Below are positions 51,944-64,000 of a DNA stretch of 64,000 bases, one piece after another. Source of the stretch: Escherichia coli (lineage in GTDB: Bacteria; Pseudomonadota; Gammaproteobacteria; Enterobacterales; Enterobacteriaceae). The stretch lies in assembly GCF_024298765.1 (NCBI RefSeq), contig NZ_CP101210.1; one strand, given 5' to 3'. Within the stretch, counting starts at the first letter, position 1. Each line of letters begins with the position of its first letter. The notes below the pieces were generated by a model that was not told the DNA's origin, searched no databases, and was given only the letters and a program-made list of their open reading frames with translations. The position numbers and the translations under genes were made by a program.

Positions 51944-52291
51944 ATGAAAGTAAAAAAGGTTCAACTATTAGTTGCTTTTTTATCTATGTTTTCTTTTTCC
52001 GCCGTCGCAATGCCTTTTAAAACTATTGAACGTGAGAGTTTCAATGGAGTATGGCCATTTAATACAGATGAGGTTCAATTGCAGTGTCTTGATGGTAATC
52101 CTTATGTGATGAATTTTGACGATAATAAGTTATATGCGCTTACAGGTTTGGCTCGAATAAAAGGTAAAACATTTGGTGCGTTACCGTTAGATAACAATAA
52201 TCCATTTTGGCTAGATAATGATGCCGCCCCTGGGTTAAAAAAGAATCTGGGGGACGTCACTAAGGCTGCATTTGATTTATGTGATAAGTAA
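51944..52291 (+). CDS. Hypothetical secreted/periplasmic protein (lysogeny-expressed cargo)
   Basis: 115 aa with signal peptide MKVKKVQLLVAFLSMFSFSAVA and two Cys. Confidence 0.5.
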   Translation: MKVKKVQLLVAFLSMFSFSAVAMPFKTIERESFNGVWPFNTDEVQLQCLDGNPYVMNFDDNKLYALTGLARIKGKTFGALPLDNNNPFWLDNDAAPGLKKNLGDVTKAAFDLCDK

Positions 52292-52296
52292 CAAAG

Positions 52297-53298
52297 ATGT
52301 CGGTTCGTAAGATTCCATCAGGTAAATGGCTTTGCGAATGTTATCCCTACGGAGCATCGGGAAAACGCATTCGTAAACAGTTTGCGACAAAAAGTGAGGC
52401 GCTCTCTTATGAGCGCCGTTTAATGAATAGTAGAGTTGGAGACGAGTTTCAAGATGGTTCTGGTCCTCGTCTTTCTGAGTTGATTGCTCGTTGGTTTGAG
52501 ATGTACGGCAAAACCTTGTCCTCTGGTGCAGAGCGCAAAGTCAAACTTGAGGCGATTTGTTCTAGGCTGGGAGATCCATTTGCTTCTCAGTTTGACAAAA
52601 ATATGTTTGCTACTTATCGGGAAAGAAGGCTATCAGGAGAATGGAATCCCAAGGGGAAGAAAAAACTTAGTGAAGCAACCGTTAATCGCGAGCAGTCATA
52701 TCTACATGCTGTTTTTGCCGAACTGAAGCGCCTTGGGGAGTGGTCTGGTGAAAACCCCCTGACTGGAATTCGCAAGTTTCGTGAGGAAGAAAAGGAGCTG
52801 GCGTTTCTGTATGTAGATGAGATTGAACGCCTTTTGATTGCGTGTGATGAGTCACGGAATAAAGATTTGGGGGTTGTTGTCCGTATTGGGCTTGCGACTG
52901 GTGCTCGGTGGAGTGAAGCAGAAGGATTAAAGCAATCTCAAGTACTGCCCGGTCGAATCACATTTGTTAAAACTAAAGGAAAGAAGAACCGCACTGTACC
53001 GATTTCACCTCAATTGCAGGCTATGCTTCCTAAAAAACGAGGAGCGCTATTTTCACCATGTTATGAGGCTTTTGACGCTGCAATTAAGAGAGCGAAGATA
53101 GAGCTCCCTGATGGGCAATTAACTCATGTGCTACGTCACACGTTTGCTAGTCATTTTATGATGCGGGGCGGAAATATTCTTGTGTTGCAAAAAATACTGG
53201 GGCATAGCGATATAAAAATGACTATGCGTTATGCGCATTTTGCTCCGGGTCATTTAGAGGCTGCTGTTGAATTAAACCCTTTTGACAATAGAGGGTAA
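52297..53298 (+). CDS. int: Tyrosine integrase (P2/186 family)
   Basis: 333 aa with catalytic motifs ...RHTFASHF... and HSDIKMTMRYAHF; next to attR. Confidence 0.9.
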   Translation: MSVRKIPSGKWLCECYPYGASGKRIRKQFATKSEALSYERRLMNSRVGDEFQDGSGPRLSELIARWFEMYGKTLSSGAERKVKLEAICSRLGDPFASQFDKNMFATYRERRLSGEWNPKGKKKLSEATVNREQSYLHAVFAELKRLGEWSGENPLTGIRKFREEEKELAFLYVDEIERLLIACDESRNKDLGVVVRIGLATGARWSEAEGLKQSQVLPGRITFVKTKGKKNRTVPISPQLQAMLPKKRGALFSPCYEAFDAAIKRAKIELPDGQLTHVLRHTFASHFMMRGGNILVLQKILGHSDIKMTMRYAHFAPGHLEAAVELNPFDNRG

Positions 53299-53404
53299 AA
53301 AGTGGCGATAAAAAGTGACAATAGATTCAAATGGCGTCGTATAGAGCTATTTGCAAAGTTAATAAAATCATAAGGTTATGATTTATAAATGGTGGTTGAT
53401 AGTT

Positions 53405-53528
53405 TTTAAAATCCCTCGGCGTTCGCGCTGTGCGGGTTCAAGTCCCGCTCCGGGTACCATGGGAAAGATAAGAATAAAATCAAAGCAATAAGCAGTGTCG
53501 TGAAACCACCTTCGGGTGGTTTTTTTGT
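53405..53528 (+). repeat. attR: 124-bp direct repeat (partial 3' leuZ copy plus terminator)
   Basis: Identical by eye to 15993-16116. Confidence 0.85.
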
Positions 53529-53654
53529 GCCTGCAACTTGTCGTTACACCCTCCTTAATTTTTAATCACCGGCAAAGCCACTCAAAAAGTATCTCTGATA
53601 CGGACCGGCATGTAAGATAGGTGCTGGCGAGTTGAGATCCACAAGGAAAAGCGT

Positions 53655-54320
53655 ATGAAAACGGGACCGTTAAACGAAAGTGAGTTGGAATGGCTGGACG
53701 ATATTCTGACCAAATACAACACTGACCACGCCATTCTTGATGTGGCGGAGCTGGACGGTTTATTGACGGCGGTGTTGAGTTCTCCGCAAGAGATTGAACC
53801 GGCACAGTGGCTGGTTGCCGTGTGGGGTGGGGCTGACTATGTGCCGCGCTGGGCGTCAGAGAAAGAGATGACGCGCTTTATGAACCTGGCTTTTCAACAT
53901 ATGGCCGATACCGCAGAGCGTCTGAACGAATTCCCGGAGCAGTTTGAGCCGTTATTCGGCTTGCGAGAAGTCGATGGCAGCGAGCTGACGATTGTTGAGG
54001 AGTGGTGCTTTGGCTATATGCGGGGCGTGGCACTTTCTGACTGGTCAACGTTGCCCGATTCGTTAAAACCAGCGCTGGGGGCGATTGCGCTGCACGGTAC
54101 TGAGGAAAACTTCGAGCGGGTTGAGAAGATGTCGCCAGAAGCGTTTGAAGAGAGCGTAGATGCCATTCGACTGGCGGCGCTTGATTTACATGCATACTGG
54201 ATGGCGCATCCGCAGGAAAAAGCTGTTCAGCAACCGATCAAAGCAGAAGAGAAACCGGGTCGTAACGATCCTTGCCCGTGCGGCAGTGGTAAGAAATTTA
54301 AGCAGTGCTGCCTGCATTAA
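53655..54320 (+). CDS. yecA: SEC-C motif protein YecA
   Basis: 221 aa ending in the metal-binding motif [20 protein letters not shown]. Confidence 0.85.
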   Translation: MKTGPLNESELEWLDDILTKYNTDHAILDVAELDGLLTAVLSSPQEIEPAQWLVAVWGGADYVPRWASEKEMTRFMNLAFQHMADTAERLNEFPEQFEPLFGLREVDGSELTIVEEWCFGYMRGVALSDWSTLPDSLKPALGAIALHGTEENFERVEKMSPEAFEESVDAIRLAALDLHAYWMAHPQEKAVQQPIKAEEKPGRNDPCPCGSGKKFKQCCLH

Positions 54321-54369
54321 GAGGTCAAATTGGGTGTCAGCGTTAATTCTGGCACCCAATAAGATCTAA

Positions 54370-55581
54370 TCACCCCACTTCTGGTAACAACCCTGCCGCA
54401 ATCAAAAATTGCACGCCAATCACAGCAATACCACAGAGAAACACCACCACCAGCGCCGGACGACCACCTTTGACCCGGTAACCCGCCTGAGGATTGTGCT
54501 TTCTGCTTTGCCAGGTCAACAGCGAAGGGATAATCAATGCCAGTACCGCCAGCGCCACACCGGCGTAACCCAGCGCCATCACAAATCCTCGTGGATAAAA
54601 CAGTGCAAACGCCAACGGCGGCAGAAAGGTAATTGCACCAGTTTGCAATCTTCCACCAACGGTATTTGAACGCTGAAACAAATCTGCCAGATAATCAAAT
54701 AAGCCTAACGCTACGCCGAGGAAGGACGTGGCGAGGGCTAAATCAGCAAATAAATGCACTGCCAGCTCAACATGCGGAGAGGCCACCATTTCGCGTAACG
54801 CCTGTAACAGCCCGTTTAATCCGGCATGATTAGCCAGCAATCCCATAAAGGTTGTTGAATCAATGCTGCCAAGGGTCGCCAGCTGCCAGAAAATATATGC
54901 CACCAGGGGGATCGCACTACCGATTATAAACACCCAGCGTAGCTTACGAATGTTGCCATCCATATAGCTGACAATACTCGGCACGCTACCGTGAAAACCA
55001 AACGACGTAAAAATCACCGGGATTGCAGACAGTGCCAGTCCCTGTTGCAACGGCAGGGTTAAAAGATTCACTTTGTGAATATGCGGTAGCAGCAATACCA
55101 GCATCACCACCAGAAAAATAATTTTGGCGCTGAACAGAAAACGGTTAAATAAATCGACCAGCGATGTCCCGACACAAACCACGCCACCGGCAACAAAAGT
55201 GAACAACAGCACGCCAGCGGTTGCCGACATTGAAATACCTGTCCAGTCGCTGATGCTGGAGGCCAACAATTCACCGGCACCGCTGATGTATGCCGCAGTC
55301 AGAGCATACATTAAGAACATCATACTGAAGCCCGTCAGCCACTGACCGTAGCGTCCCAGATAGCGTTTTGCCAGCGTGCCCAGACCGGTATCTGCCGGGA
55401 CATGCTGGTACACCTCCAGTAGTAATAGCGCCGTGTAGCACATCAACGCCCAAAGCCCAATCAACAAGATTAACGTGACGCTAAAACCAACACCTGCCGC
55501 AGCCAGCGGCATTGCCAGCATGCCTGCGCCAATTGTGGTTCCCGCCACGATAAAAACACTTCCCAGAGTTCTGTTTTTCAC
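54370..55581 (-). CDS. tyrP: Tyrosine-specific transport protein
   Basis: 403-aa polytopic membrane protein of the aromatic amino-acid permease family. Confidence 0.9.
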   Translation of the reverse strand: MKNRTLGSVFIVAGTTIGAGMLAMPLAAAGVGFSVTLILLIGLWALMCYTALLLLEVYQHVPADTGLGTLAKRYLGRYGQWLTGFSMMFLMYALTAAYISGAGELLASSISDWTGISMSATAGVLLFTFVAGGVVCVGTSLVDLFNRFLFSAKIIFLVVMLVLLLPHIHKVNLLTLPLQQGLALSAIPVIFTSFGFHGSVPSIVSYMDGNIRKLRWVFIIGSAIPLVAYIFWQLATLGSIDSTTFMGLLANHAGLNGLLQALREMVASPHVELAVHLFADLALATSFLGVALGLFDYLADLFQRSNTVGGRLQTGAITFLPPLAFALFYPRGFVMALGYAGVALAVLALIIPSLLTWQSRKHNPQAGYRVKGGRPALVVVFLCGIAVIGVQFLIAAGLLPEVG

Positions 55582-55771
55582 GCTTTCTTCTGTCCTGACG
55601 ATCTTTATGAGTGATATCTGCGGCGCAGGTTAAGGCATAACGGCTGATTCGTCAAACCGGCGTTACATATGGTGTAAATATAAATGTACAATAAAAAGCG
55701 TTCAGTTCTGCGCTGGCGCAAAGTCTTCATAAGCGGCAATCGCTACGCTAGGCTTTTTTTGAGGAGGAACG

Positions 55772-56011
55772 ATGGACTCTATTCACGGTCATGAAGTGTT
55801 AAATATGATGATTGAATCAGGCGAGCAATATACGCATGCCAGTCTGGAAGCAGCAATTAAAGCGCGTTTTGGTGAACAGGCACGTTTTCACACCTGCTCG
55901 GCAGAAGGGATGACAGCGGGAGAGCTGGTAGCGTTTCTGGCAGCAAAAGGCAAATTTATACCTTCGGAAGAAGGTTTTTCGACCGATCAGAGTAAGATTT
56001 GCCGTCACTGA
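55772..56011 (+). CDS. yecH: Small protein YecH
   Basis: 79-aa ORF between tyrP and ftnA. Confidence 0.65.
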   Translation: MDSIHGHEVLNMMIESGEQYTHASLEAAIKARFGEQARFHTCSAEGMTAGELVAFLAAKGKFIPSEEGFSTDQSKICRH

Positions 56012-56048
56012 TTTGAAACGGCGGCAGTAAACCTGCCGCCGGAGAACA

Positions 56049-56546
56049 TTAGTTTTGTGTGTCGAGGGTAGAGAGTTCTTTGTCGATAAAATACAAACCT
56101 TCGCCGCTTTTGCCTGCCAGACTTAATTTATCAATAATCGATTTGAACAGTTTCTCTTCTTCATGCTGCTCAGAAACATACCATTGCAGGAAATTAAATG
56201 TTGGGTAGTCCTGATTGGTCATTGCAGCATGAGCCAGTTCGTTAATTTTTTGCGTGATTAATTGTTCGTGTTTATAGGTTTCCTGGAATAATTCATCAAG
56301 TGAGGAATATTCAGCAAACGGAGATTCAACGGTATTAATACGCGGTAAGTTGCCGGTATCAGTCAGATAATCAAACAGACGCTGCATATGCGTCATCTCT
56401 TCCTGGGCGTGACGGCGCAGGAACGCGGCAGCACCTTCGAAGGTATGATAGCTGCACCAGGCGCTCATTTGCTGATAAAGCAGTGAAGAGTACAGTTCCA
56501 GGTTCATCTGCTCATTAAGTTTTTCAATCATTTCTGGTTTCAGCAT
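56049..56546 (-). CDS. ftnA: Ferritin
   Basis: Ferritin-like fold with ferroxidase-centre residues; start [13 protein letters not shown] gives 165 aa. Confidence 0.9.
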
Positions 56547-56717
56547 GATAGTGCTCCACAAAGGTTATATTTGTTGCTGTGGCGTCACTATAATTTGTTA
56601 TTTTATTATTTGCAAAAGGTAAAATATAAACTTCATTTATTAAAAATACGAATGGGAATAAAACGCATTACCGCTATTTATTTAATCAGCGAAGATCCCC
56701 CTCGCTGATTAAAACAT

Positions 56718-57041
56718 TTAGAGAAAGACAGGGAAGGCGGAATGATGGCACTGATATGACAAAGTGAATTCCGTATTCAAACATAAGGAACCCGCAAAGA
56801 GGCTACAGTTGCCTACTGGCTGACCAAAGGGGATAGCGTGGGTATAGCCTTCCTGCTGGCATGCGCGATCGGCGATCCCGCGACTGACATAACGATCGGT
56901 ATAGGCATGCTGCAAAAAAGCCTGGTCATAAACCAACCGTACAATACCTGTTGCCGCGTCAACTTCGCTCACATGGGCCTGGCGAGTAACCGTACACCCC
57001 GCCAGCGTTATTAATGAAAGAGTCAGAATCAGAAGTCTCAT
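56718..57041 (-). CDS. yecR: Lipoprotein YecR
   Basis: 107 aa with lipobox LTLSLITLAGC. Confidence 0.7.
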   Translation of the reverse strand: MRLLILTLSLITLAGCTVTRQAHVSEVDAATGIVRLVYDQAFLQHAYTDRYVSRGIADRACQQEGYTHAIPFGQPVGNCSLFAGSLCLNTEFTLSYQCHHSAFPVFL

Positions 57042-57303
57042 GGTCCAGCCAGAAGAGTAAAAGAAAGCACTATTTTACGCGTTACAGCGCTGCGACAATG
57101 GCCGGAAAAGACGCCTGGCAGGCGCTATTTCTCGCCATCTGTAGGTGTCAGAAATGGGGTAGCTGCTTTTTGATTATCATTTTTATAACATTAAAGGGGT
57201 ATTTATGTGATTTACATCACATAAAGATTGATTTTTGTGATGGTTGTCATATTATAAGCGCAAAGACAATAACACATGTATAACAAATGGTCGGAGTGCC
57301 GCG

Positions 57304-57390
57304 ATGAAACTGCGCAAAATCCTGAAAAGTATGTTCAATAACTATTGCAAGACGTTCAAAGACGTACCGCCAGGCAATATGTTCCGATAA
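57304..57390 (+). CDS. azuC: Small membrane-associated protein AzuC (28 aa)
   Basis: Translation MKLRKILKSMFNNYCKTFKDVPPGNMFR matches the known small protein. Confidence 0.6.
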   Translation: MKLRKILKSMFNNYCKTFKDVPPGNMFR

Positions 57391-57504
57391 CAAAAAACCT
57401 GCTCCGGCAGGTTTTTTTGTGTCCTGATGACGGTGGATGTGACTATCGCTGAAGATGTGAAGCCGCTACTATAACGGCTTTCAAAATGCTATCAGGAGTT
57501 TACG

Positions 57505-57756
57505 ATGTCCCAGCCGCTGAATGCCGATCAGGAACTGGTTTCTGATGTGGTTGCTTGCCAGTTGGTTATCAAACAAATTCTGGATGTTCTCGATGTGATC
57601 GCACCCGTTGAAGTTCGCGAAAAAATGTCCAGCCAGCTAAAGAATATCGACTTTACTAACCATCCCGCCGCCGCAGACCCGGTCACCATGCGGGCAATCC
57701 AAAAAGCCATCGCGTTGATTGAACTCAAGTTTACCCCACAGGGCGAATCCCATTAA
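57505..57756 (+). CDS. yecJ: Small protein YecJ
   Basis: 83-aa ORF next to ftnB. Confidence 0.65.
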
Positions 57757-57833
57757 AAAACCGCTGCTTCAAAAAAATGAGGCAGCGGTTTCTCAAAAAC
57801 TTCATCGGCGCAATGCATTAGCGCCGATGATGA

Positions 57834-58337
57834 TCAATGTAGCTGATGCGACACGACATTCAGAACATGTTGGTCGGTCTGCACAGGGCACATACCCGCA
57901 AGTTTCGCACTGCGCACTTCATCAAGAATGGTTTGCAGCAACAGGCCATCATGCTGCTGTTCTTTTTCCAGATCGCGCAGGAAATTGACGGTTGAATCAT
58001 CATTCAGTTCTTTCGCTTCATCGGCTAACTGTGCCAACGTACTAGAACGTTGCTCGTATTCTTCCATCGTTTTTTGGAACAGTTCTTCCAGAGAGTTCAG
58101 TTTTTCACCGGGAACATCAATGGCTTTAACGATGGGGGTAGCGCCGACACTCTTCATAAAGTTAAACATGCGCATCATTTGGGTCACATTACTCTGTGCC
58201 TGGGCGCGAAGGAAAGTGGCGGTGCCGTTCAGACTCTGTTCAGAACACCAGTTACTCAGGTGAAGGTAGAGATTGGATGCGTAAAACTCGCGGTTCATTT
58301 GAGAGTTGAGTTTGAGAAGCATTCCAGCGGTTGCCAT
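57834..58337 (-). CDS. ftnB: Ferritin-like protein FtnB
   Basis: 167-aa ferritin-like paralogue of ftnA. Confidence 0.85.
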   Translation of the reverse strand: MATAGMLLKLNSQMNREFYASNLYLHLSNWCSEQSLNGTATFLRAQAQSNVTQMMRMFNFMKSVGATPIVKAIDVPGEKLNSLEELFQKTMEEYEQRSSTLAQLADEAKELNDDSTVNFLRDLEKEQQHDGLLLQTILDEVRSAKLAGMCPVQTDQHVLNVVSHQLH

Positions 58338-59133
58338 ACCTAATATCCTTATATCCAGAAGTGGAGAGGTGCAAGATAAATCAAAACACCATAATTACTG
58401 TTTGCAGAATAATTCCTTTCTGCCGGTCCGAAATGTGATCGTGGAGTCAATTCTGACGATGATCTGAAATAAGAATAACGTCTGAACGGGTATAAGAAAA
58501 TGCTTAAATCATCAAGTTTATATATTTTTACATTTCATTGATGAAATCAATGTAACTGCAATGAATTTTAATGATAGTGCTTTTTGTATCTTGTTGATAT
58601 TAATCGATTAATTTGAATTCATGATGAAGTGATGGTTTTATAAAACGTTTTTTCATTTTTGCGAGATGGCTCTCATTATACGTGTTCTGTTAATTAATGA
58701 GCACAGTGATAATTAATGGCGAAATGAATGACGCACATTTTCCACATCTTTGAGTTGTGGTTATTACACCATTGCAAAAACTCAACGCCAGGTAATGCGG
58801 CCTATTGACTGGTTAAAAAGAAGACATCCCGCATGGGTACCAAAGACAACAAGGACTTCCAGGCTAATCTTATGGATTATTCTGCTGTGCACTCGATAAT
58901 TTGTCTGACAAATTCGCTTTTCCTTATGTCTTTTCCCGCTAAATTTATGCACGTTCTCACTGTAATTCTGCGATGTGATATTGCTCTCCTATGGAGAATT
59001 AATTTCTCGCTAAAACTATGTCAACACAGTCACTTATCTTTTAGTTAAAAGGTAATGCTTTGTTTTCCGATTAATTTAACGAATGTCATTCGTTTTTGCC
59101 CTACACAAAACGACACTAAAGCTGGAGAGAACC

Positions 59134-60123
59134 ATGCACAAATTTACTAAAGGCCTGGCAGCCATTGGTCTGGCAGCCGTTATGTCACAATCCGCTATGG
59201 CGGAGAACCTGAAGCTCGGTTTCCTGGTGAAGCAACCGGAAGAGCCGTGGTTCCAGACCGAATGGAAGTTTGCCGATAAAGCCGGGAAAGATTTAGGGTT
59301 TGAAGTTATTAAGATTGCCGTGCCGGATGGCGAAAAAACATTGAACGCTATCGACAGCCTGGCTGCCAGTGGCGCGAAAGGTTTCGTTATTTGTACTCCG
59401 GACCCGAAACTCGGCTCTGCCATCGTGGCGAAAGCGCGTGGCTACGATATGAAAGTCATTGCCGTGGATGACCAGTTTGTTAACGCCAAAGGTAAGCCAA
59501 TGGATACCGTTCCGCTGGTGATGATGGCTGCGACCAAAATTGGCGAACGTCAGGGCCAGGAACTGTATAAAGAGATGCAGAAACGTGGCTGGGATGTCAA
59601 AGAAAGCGCGGTGATGGCGATTACCGCCAACGAACTGGATACCGCCCGCCGCCGTACAACGGGTTCTATGGACGCACTGAAAGCTGCAGGATTCCCGGAA
59701 AAACAAATTTATCAGGTACCTACCAAATCTAACGACATCCCGGGGGCATTTGACGCTGCCAACTCAATGCTGGTTCAACATCCGGAAGTTAAACATTGGC
59801 TGATCGTCGGTATGAACGACAGCACCGTGCTGGGCGGCGTACGCGCGACGGAAGGTCAGGGCTTTAAAGCGGCCGATATCATCGGTATCGGTATTAACGG
59901 TGTGGATGCGGTGAGCGAACTGTCTAAGGCACAGGCAACCGGCTTCTACGGTTCCCTGCTGCCAAGCCCGGACGTACATGGTTATAAGTCCAGCGAAATG
60001 CTTTACAACTGGGTAGCAAAAGACGTTGAACCGCCAAAATTTACCGAAGTTACCGACGTGGTGCTGATCACGCGTGACAACTTTAAAGAAGAACTGGAGA
60101 AAAAAGGTTTAGGCGGTAAGTAA
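59134..60123 (+). CDS. araF: L-arabinose ABC transporter periplasmic binding protein
   Basis: Signal peptide MHKFTKGLAAIGLAAVMSQSAMA followed by a periplasmic binding domain. Confidence 0.9.
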   Translation: MHKFTKGLAAIGLAAVMSQSAMAENLKLGFLVKQPEEPWFQTEWKFADKAGKDLGFEVIKIAVPDGEKTLNAIDSLAASGAKGFVICTPDPKLGSAIVAKARGYDMKVIAVDDQFVNAKGKPMDTVPLVMMAATKIGERQGQELYKEMQKRGWDVKESAVMAITANELDTARRRTTGSMDALKAAGFPEKQIYQVPTKSNDIPGAFDAANSMLVQHPEVKHWLIVGMNDSTVLGGVRATEGQGFKAADIIGIGINGVDAVSELSKAQATGFYGSLLPSPDVHGYKSSEMLYNWVAKDVEPPKFTEVTDVVLITRDNFKEELEKKGLGGK

Positions 60124-60192
60124 TTTGCCGGAAAGATTCCCCTCTGCATGATGCAGAGGGGGTGTGAACGACCAGTGATTCACGGAGACGTT

Positions 60193-61707
60193 ATGCAACA
60201 GTCTACCCCGTATCTCTCATTTCGCGGCATCGGTAAAACGTTTCCCGGCGTTAAGGCGCTGACGGATATTAGTTTTGACTGCTATGCCGGTCAGGTTCAT
60301 GCGTTGATGGGTGAAAATGGCGCAGGAAAATCAACTCTCTTAAAAATCCTCAGCGGAAACTATGCGCCAACCACGGGTTCTGTAGTGATTAATGGGCAGG
60401 AAATGTCCTTTTCCGACACGACCGCAGCACTTAACGCGGGGGTGGCGATTATTTACCAGGAGCTGCATCTCGTGCCGGAAATGACCGTCGCGGAAAACAT
60501 CTATCTCGGCCAGCTGCCGCATAAAGGCGGCATTGTCAATCGCTCATTGCTGAATTATGAGGCGGGTTTACAACTTAAACATCTTGGTATGGATATTGAC
60601 CCGGACACGCCGCTGAAATATCTCTCCATTGGTCAGTGGCAGATGGTTGAAATTGCCAAAGCCCTGGCGCGTAATGCCAAAATTATCGCCTTTGATGAGC
60701 CAACCAGCTCCCTCTCTGCCCGTGAAATCGACAATCTTTTCCGCGTTATTCGTGAACTGCGAAAAGAGGGGCGGGTGATCTTATACGTTTCTCACCGTAT
60801 GGAAGAAATATTTGCCCTCAGCGATGCCATCACTGTCTTTAAAGATGGACGTTATGTCAAAACCTTTACCGATATGCAGCAGGTTGACCACGACGCCCTG
60901 GTGCAGGCGATGGTCGGGCGCGACATCGGCGATATCTACGGCTGGCAACCGCGTAGTTATGGCGAGGAGCGGCTGCGTCTTGATGCTGTGAAAGCACCAG
61001 GCGTACGTACGCCAATAAGTCTGGCGGTTCGCAGTGGTGAAATTGTCGGTCTGTTTGGTCTGGTCGGGGCAGGGCGTAGCGAATTAATGAAAGGCATGTT
61101 TGGCGGGACGCAAATCACCGCCGGTCAGGTTTATATCGACCAACAGCCGATCGATATTCGTAAACCGAGCCACGCCATTGCCGCAGGCATGATGCTCTGC
61201 CCGGAAGATCGCAAAGCGGAAGGCATTATTCCCGTGCACTCCGTTCGCGACAATATCAACATCAGTGCCAGACGTACACATGTGCTCGGCGGTTGTGTAA
61301 TCAACAACGGTTGGGAAGAAAACAATGCCGATCACCACATTCGTTCGCTCAACATCAAAACGCCGGGCGCTGATCAACTGATCATGAATCTCTCAGGCGG
61401 AAATCAGCAAAAAGCCATTCTGGGCCGCTGGTTATCGGAAGAGATGAAGGTCATTTTGCTGGATGAACCTACGCGCGGCATTGATGTTGGTGCTAAGCAC
61501 GAAATATATAACGTAATTTATGCGCTGGCGGCGCAGGGTGTGGCGGTGCTGTTTGCCTCCAGCGACTTACCTGAAGTCCTCGGCGTTGCCGACCGGATTG
61601 TGGTGATGCGGGAAGGCGAAATCGCCGGTGAATTGTTACACGAGCAGGCAGATGAGCGTCAGGCACTGAGCCTTGCGATGCCTAAAGTCAGCCAGGCAGT
61701 TGCCTGA
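60193..61707 (+). CDS. araG: L-arabinose ABC transporter ATP-binding protein (tandem ABC domains)
   Basis: Two Walker A motifs ([17 protein letters not shown]) and two ABC signatures ([15 protein letters not shown]); start [10 protein letters not shown]. Confidence 0.9.
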   Translation: MQQSTPYLSFRGIGKTFPGVKALTDISFDCYAGQVHALMGENGAGKSTLLKILSGNYAPTTGSVVINGQEMSFSDTTAALNAGVAIIYQELHLVPEMTVAENIYLGQLPHKGGIVNRSLLNYEAGLQLKHLGMDIDPDTPLKYLSIGQWQMVEIAKALARNAKIIAFDEPTSSLSAREIDNLFRVIRELRKEGRVILYVSHRMEEIFALSDAITVFKDGRYVKTFTDMQQVDHDALVQAMVGRDIGDIYGWQPRSYGEERLRLDAVKAPGVRTPISLAVRSGEIVGLFGLVGAGRSELMKGMFGGTQITAGQVYIDQQPIDIRKPSHAIAAGMMLCPEDRKAEGIIPVHSVRDNINISARRTHVLGGCVINNGWEENNADHHIRSLNIKTPGADQLIMNLSGGNQQKAILGRWLSEEMKVILLDEPTRGIDVGAKHEIYNVIYALAAQGVAVLFASSDLPEVLGVADRIVVMREGEIAGELLHEQADERQALSLAMPKVSQAVA

Positions 61708-61721
61708 GTAAGGAGAGTATG

Positions 61722-64000
<2,279 letters not shown>

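Larger units (their letters stand above)
16117..53404. mobile_element. P2-like prophage (about 37.3 kb) integrated at tRNA-Leu
   Basis: Flanked by 124-bp direct repeats; contains a full set of P2 gene homologues, integrase next to attR, AT-rich cargo islands. Confidence 0.85.

Noticed and set aside
58380-59080. AT-rich region and the 71-aa ORF 58833-59048 upstream of araF
   Set aside because: Consistent with the ordinary araF regulatory region; the ORF has no RBS or recognisable features.

Overview
The window is an E. coli K-12-like chromosomal segment (yedE' - yedD - amyA - fliT/S/D - fliC - fliA/Z - tcyJ - dcyD - tcyL/N - sdiA - yecF - uvrY/C - pgsA - tRNA-Gly/Cys/Leu ... yecA - tyrP - yecH - ftnA - yecR - azuC - yecJ - ftnB - araF/G/H - otsB - otsA') interrupted by a ~37.3 kb P2-like prophage inserted at the 3' end of tRNA-Leu (leuZ). 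The prophage is bounded by identical 124-bp direct repeats (15993-16116 and 53405-53528) and has a tyrosine integrase next to attR. It carries complete P2-type capsid, terminase, lysis, baseplate and tail modules, plus a Gin/Hin-family serine invertase with an invertible tail-fibre segment flanked by 26-bp gix-like inverted repeats. Three AT-rich cargo islands sit at positions where P2-like phages are known to carry anti-phage genes or morons: (i) a three-gene operon between cos/Q and the replication gene A, read here as a GHKL-type ATPase, a small STAS-like protein and a membrane protein, preceded by iterated TTGTGCA repeats, which is the strongest candidate for an undescribed defence system; (ii) a 487-aa orphan ORF between ogr and gpD; (iii) two lysogeny-side genes between the C-like repressor and int. 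Also present are a hok/mok-like type I toxin locus and a secreted Cys-rich small protein next to attL. Structural oddities are a tail sheath-tube-tape measure block (FI-U) inverted relative to canonical P2, and three apparent single-base frameshifts (gpI, the alternative tail-fibre segment at an A7 run, and a small early-region gene at an A6 run). All assignments come from reading the translations and sequence by eye and from recalled family knowledge; no database search was run.
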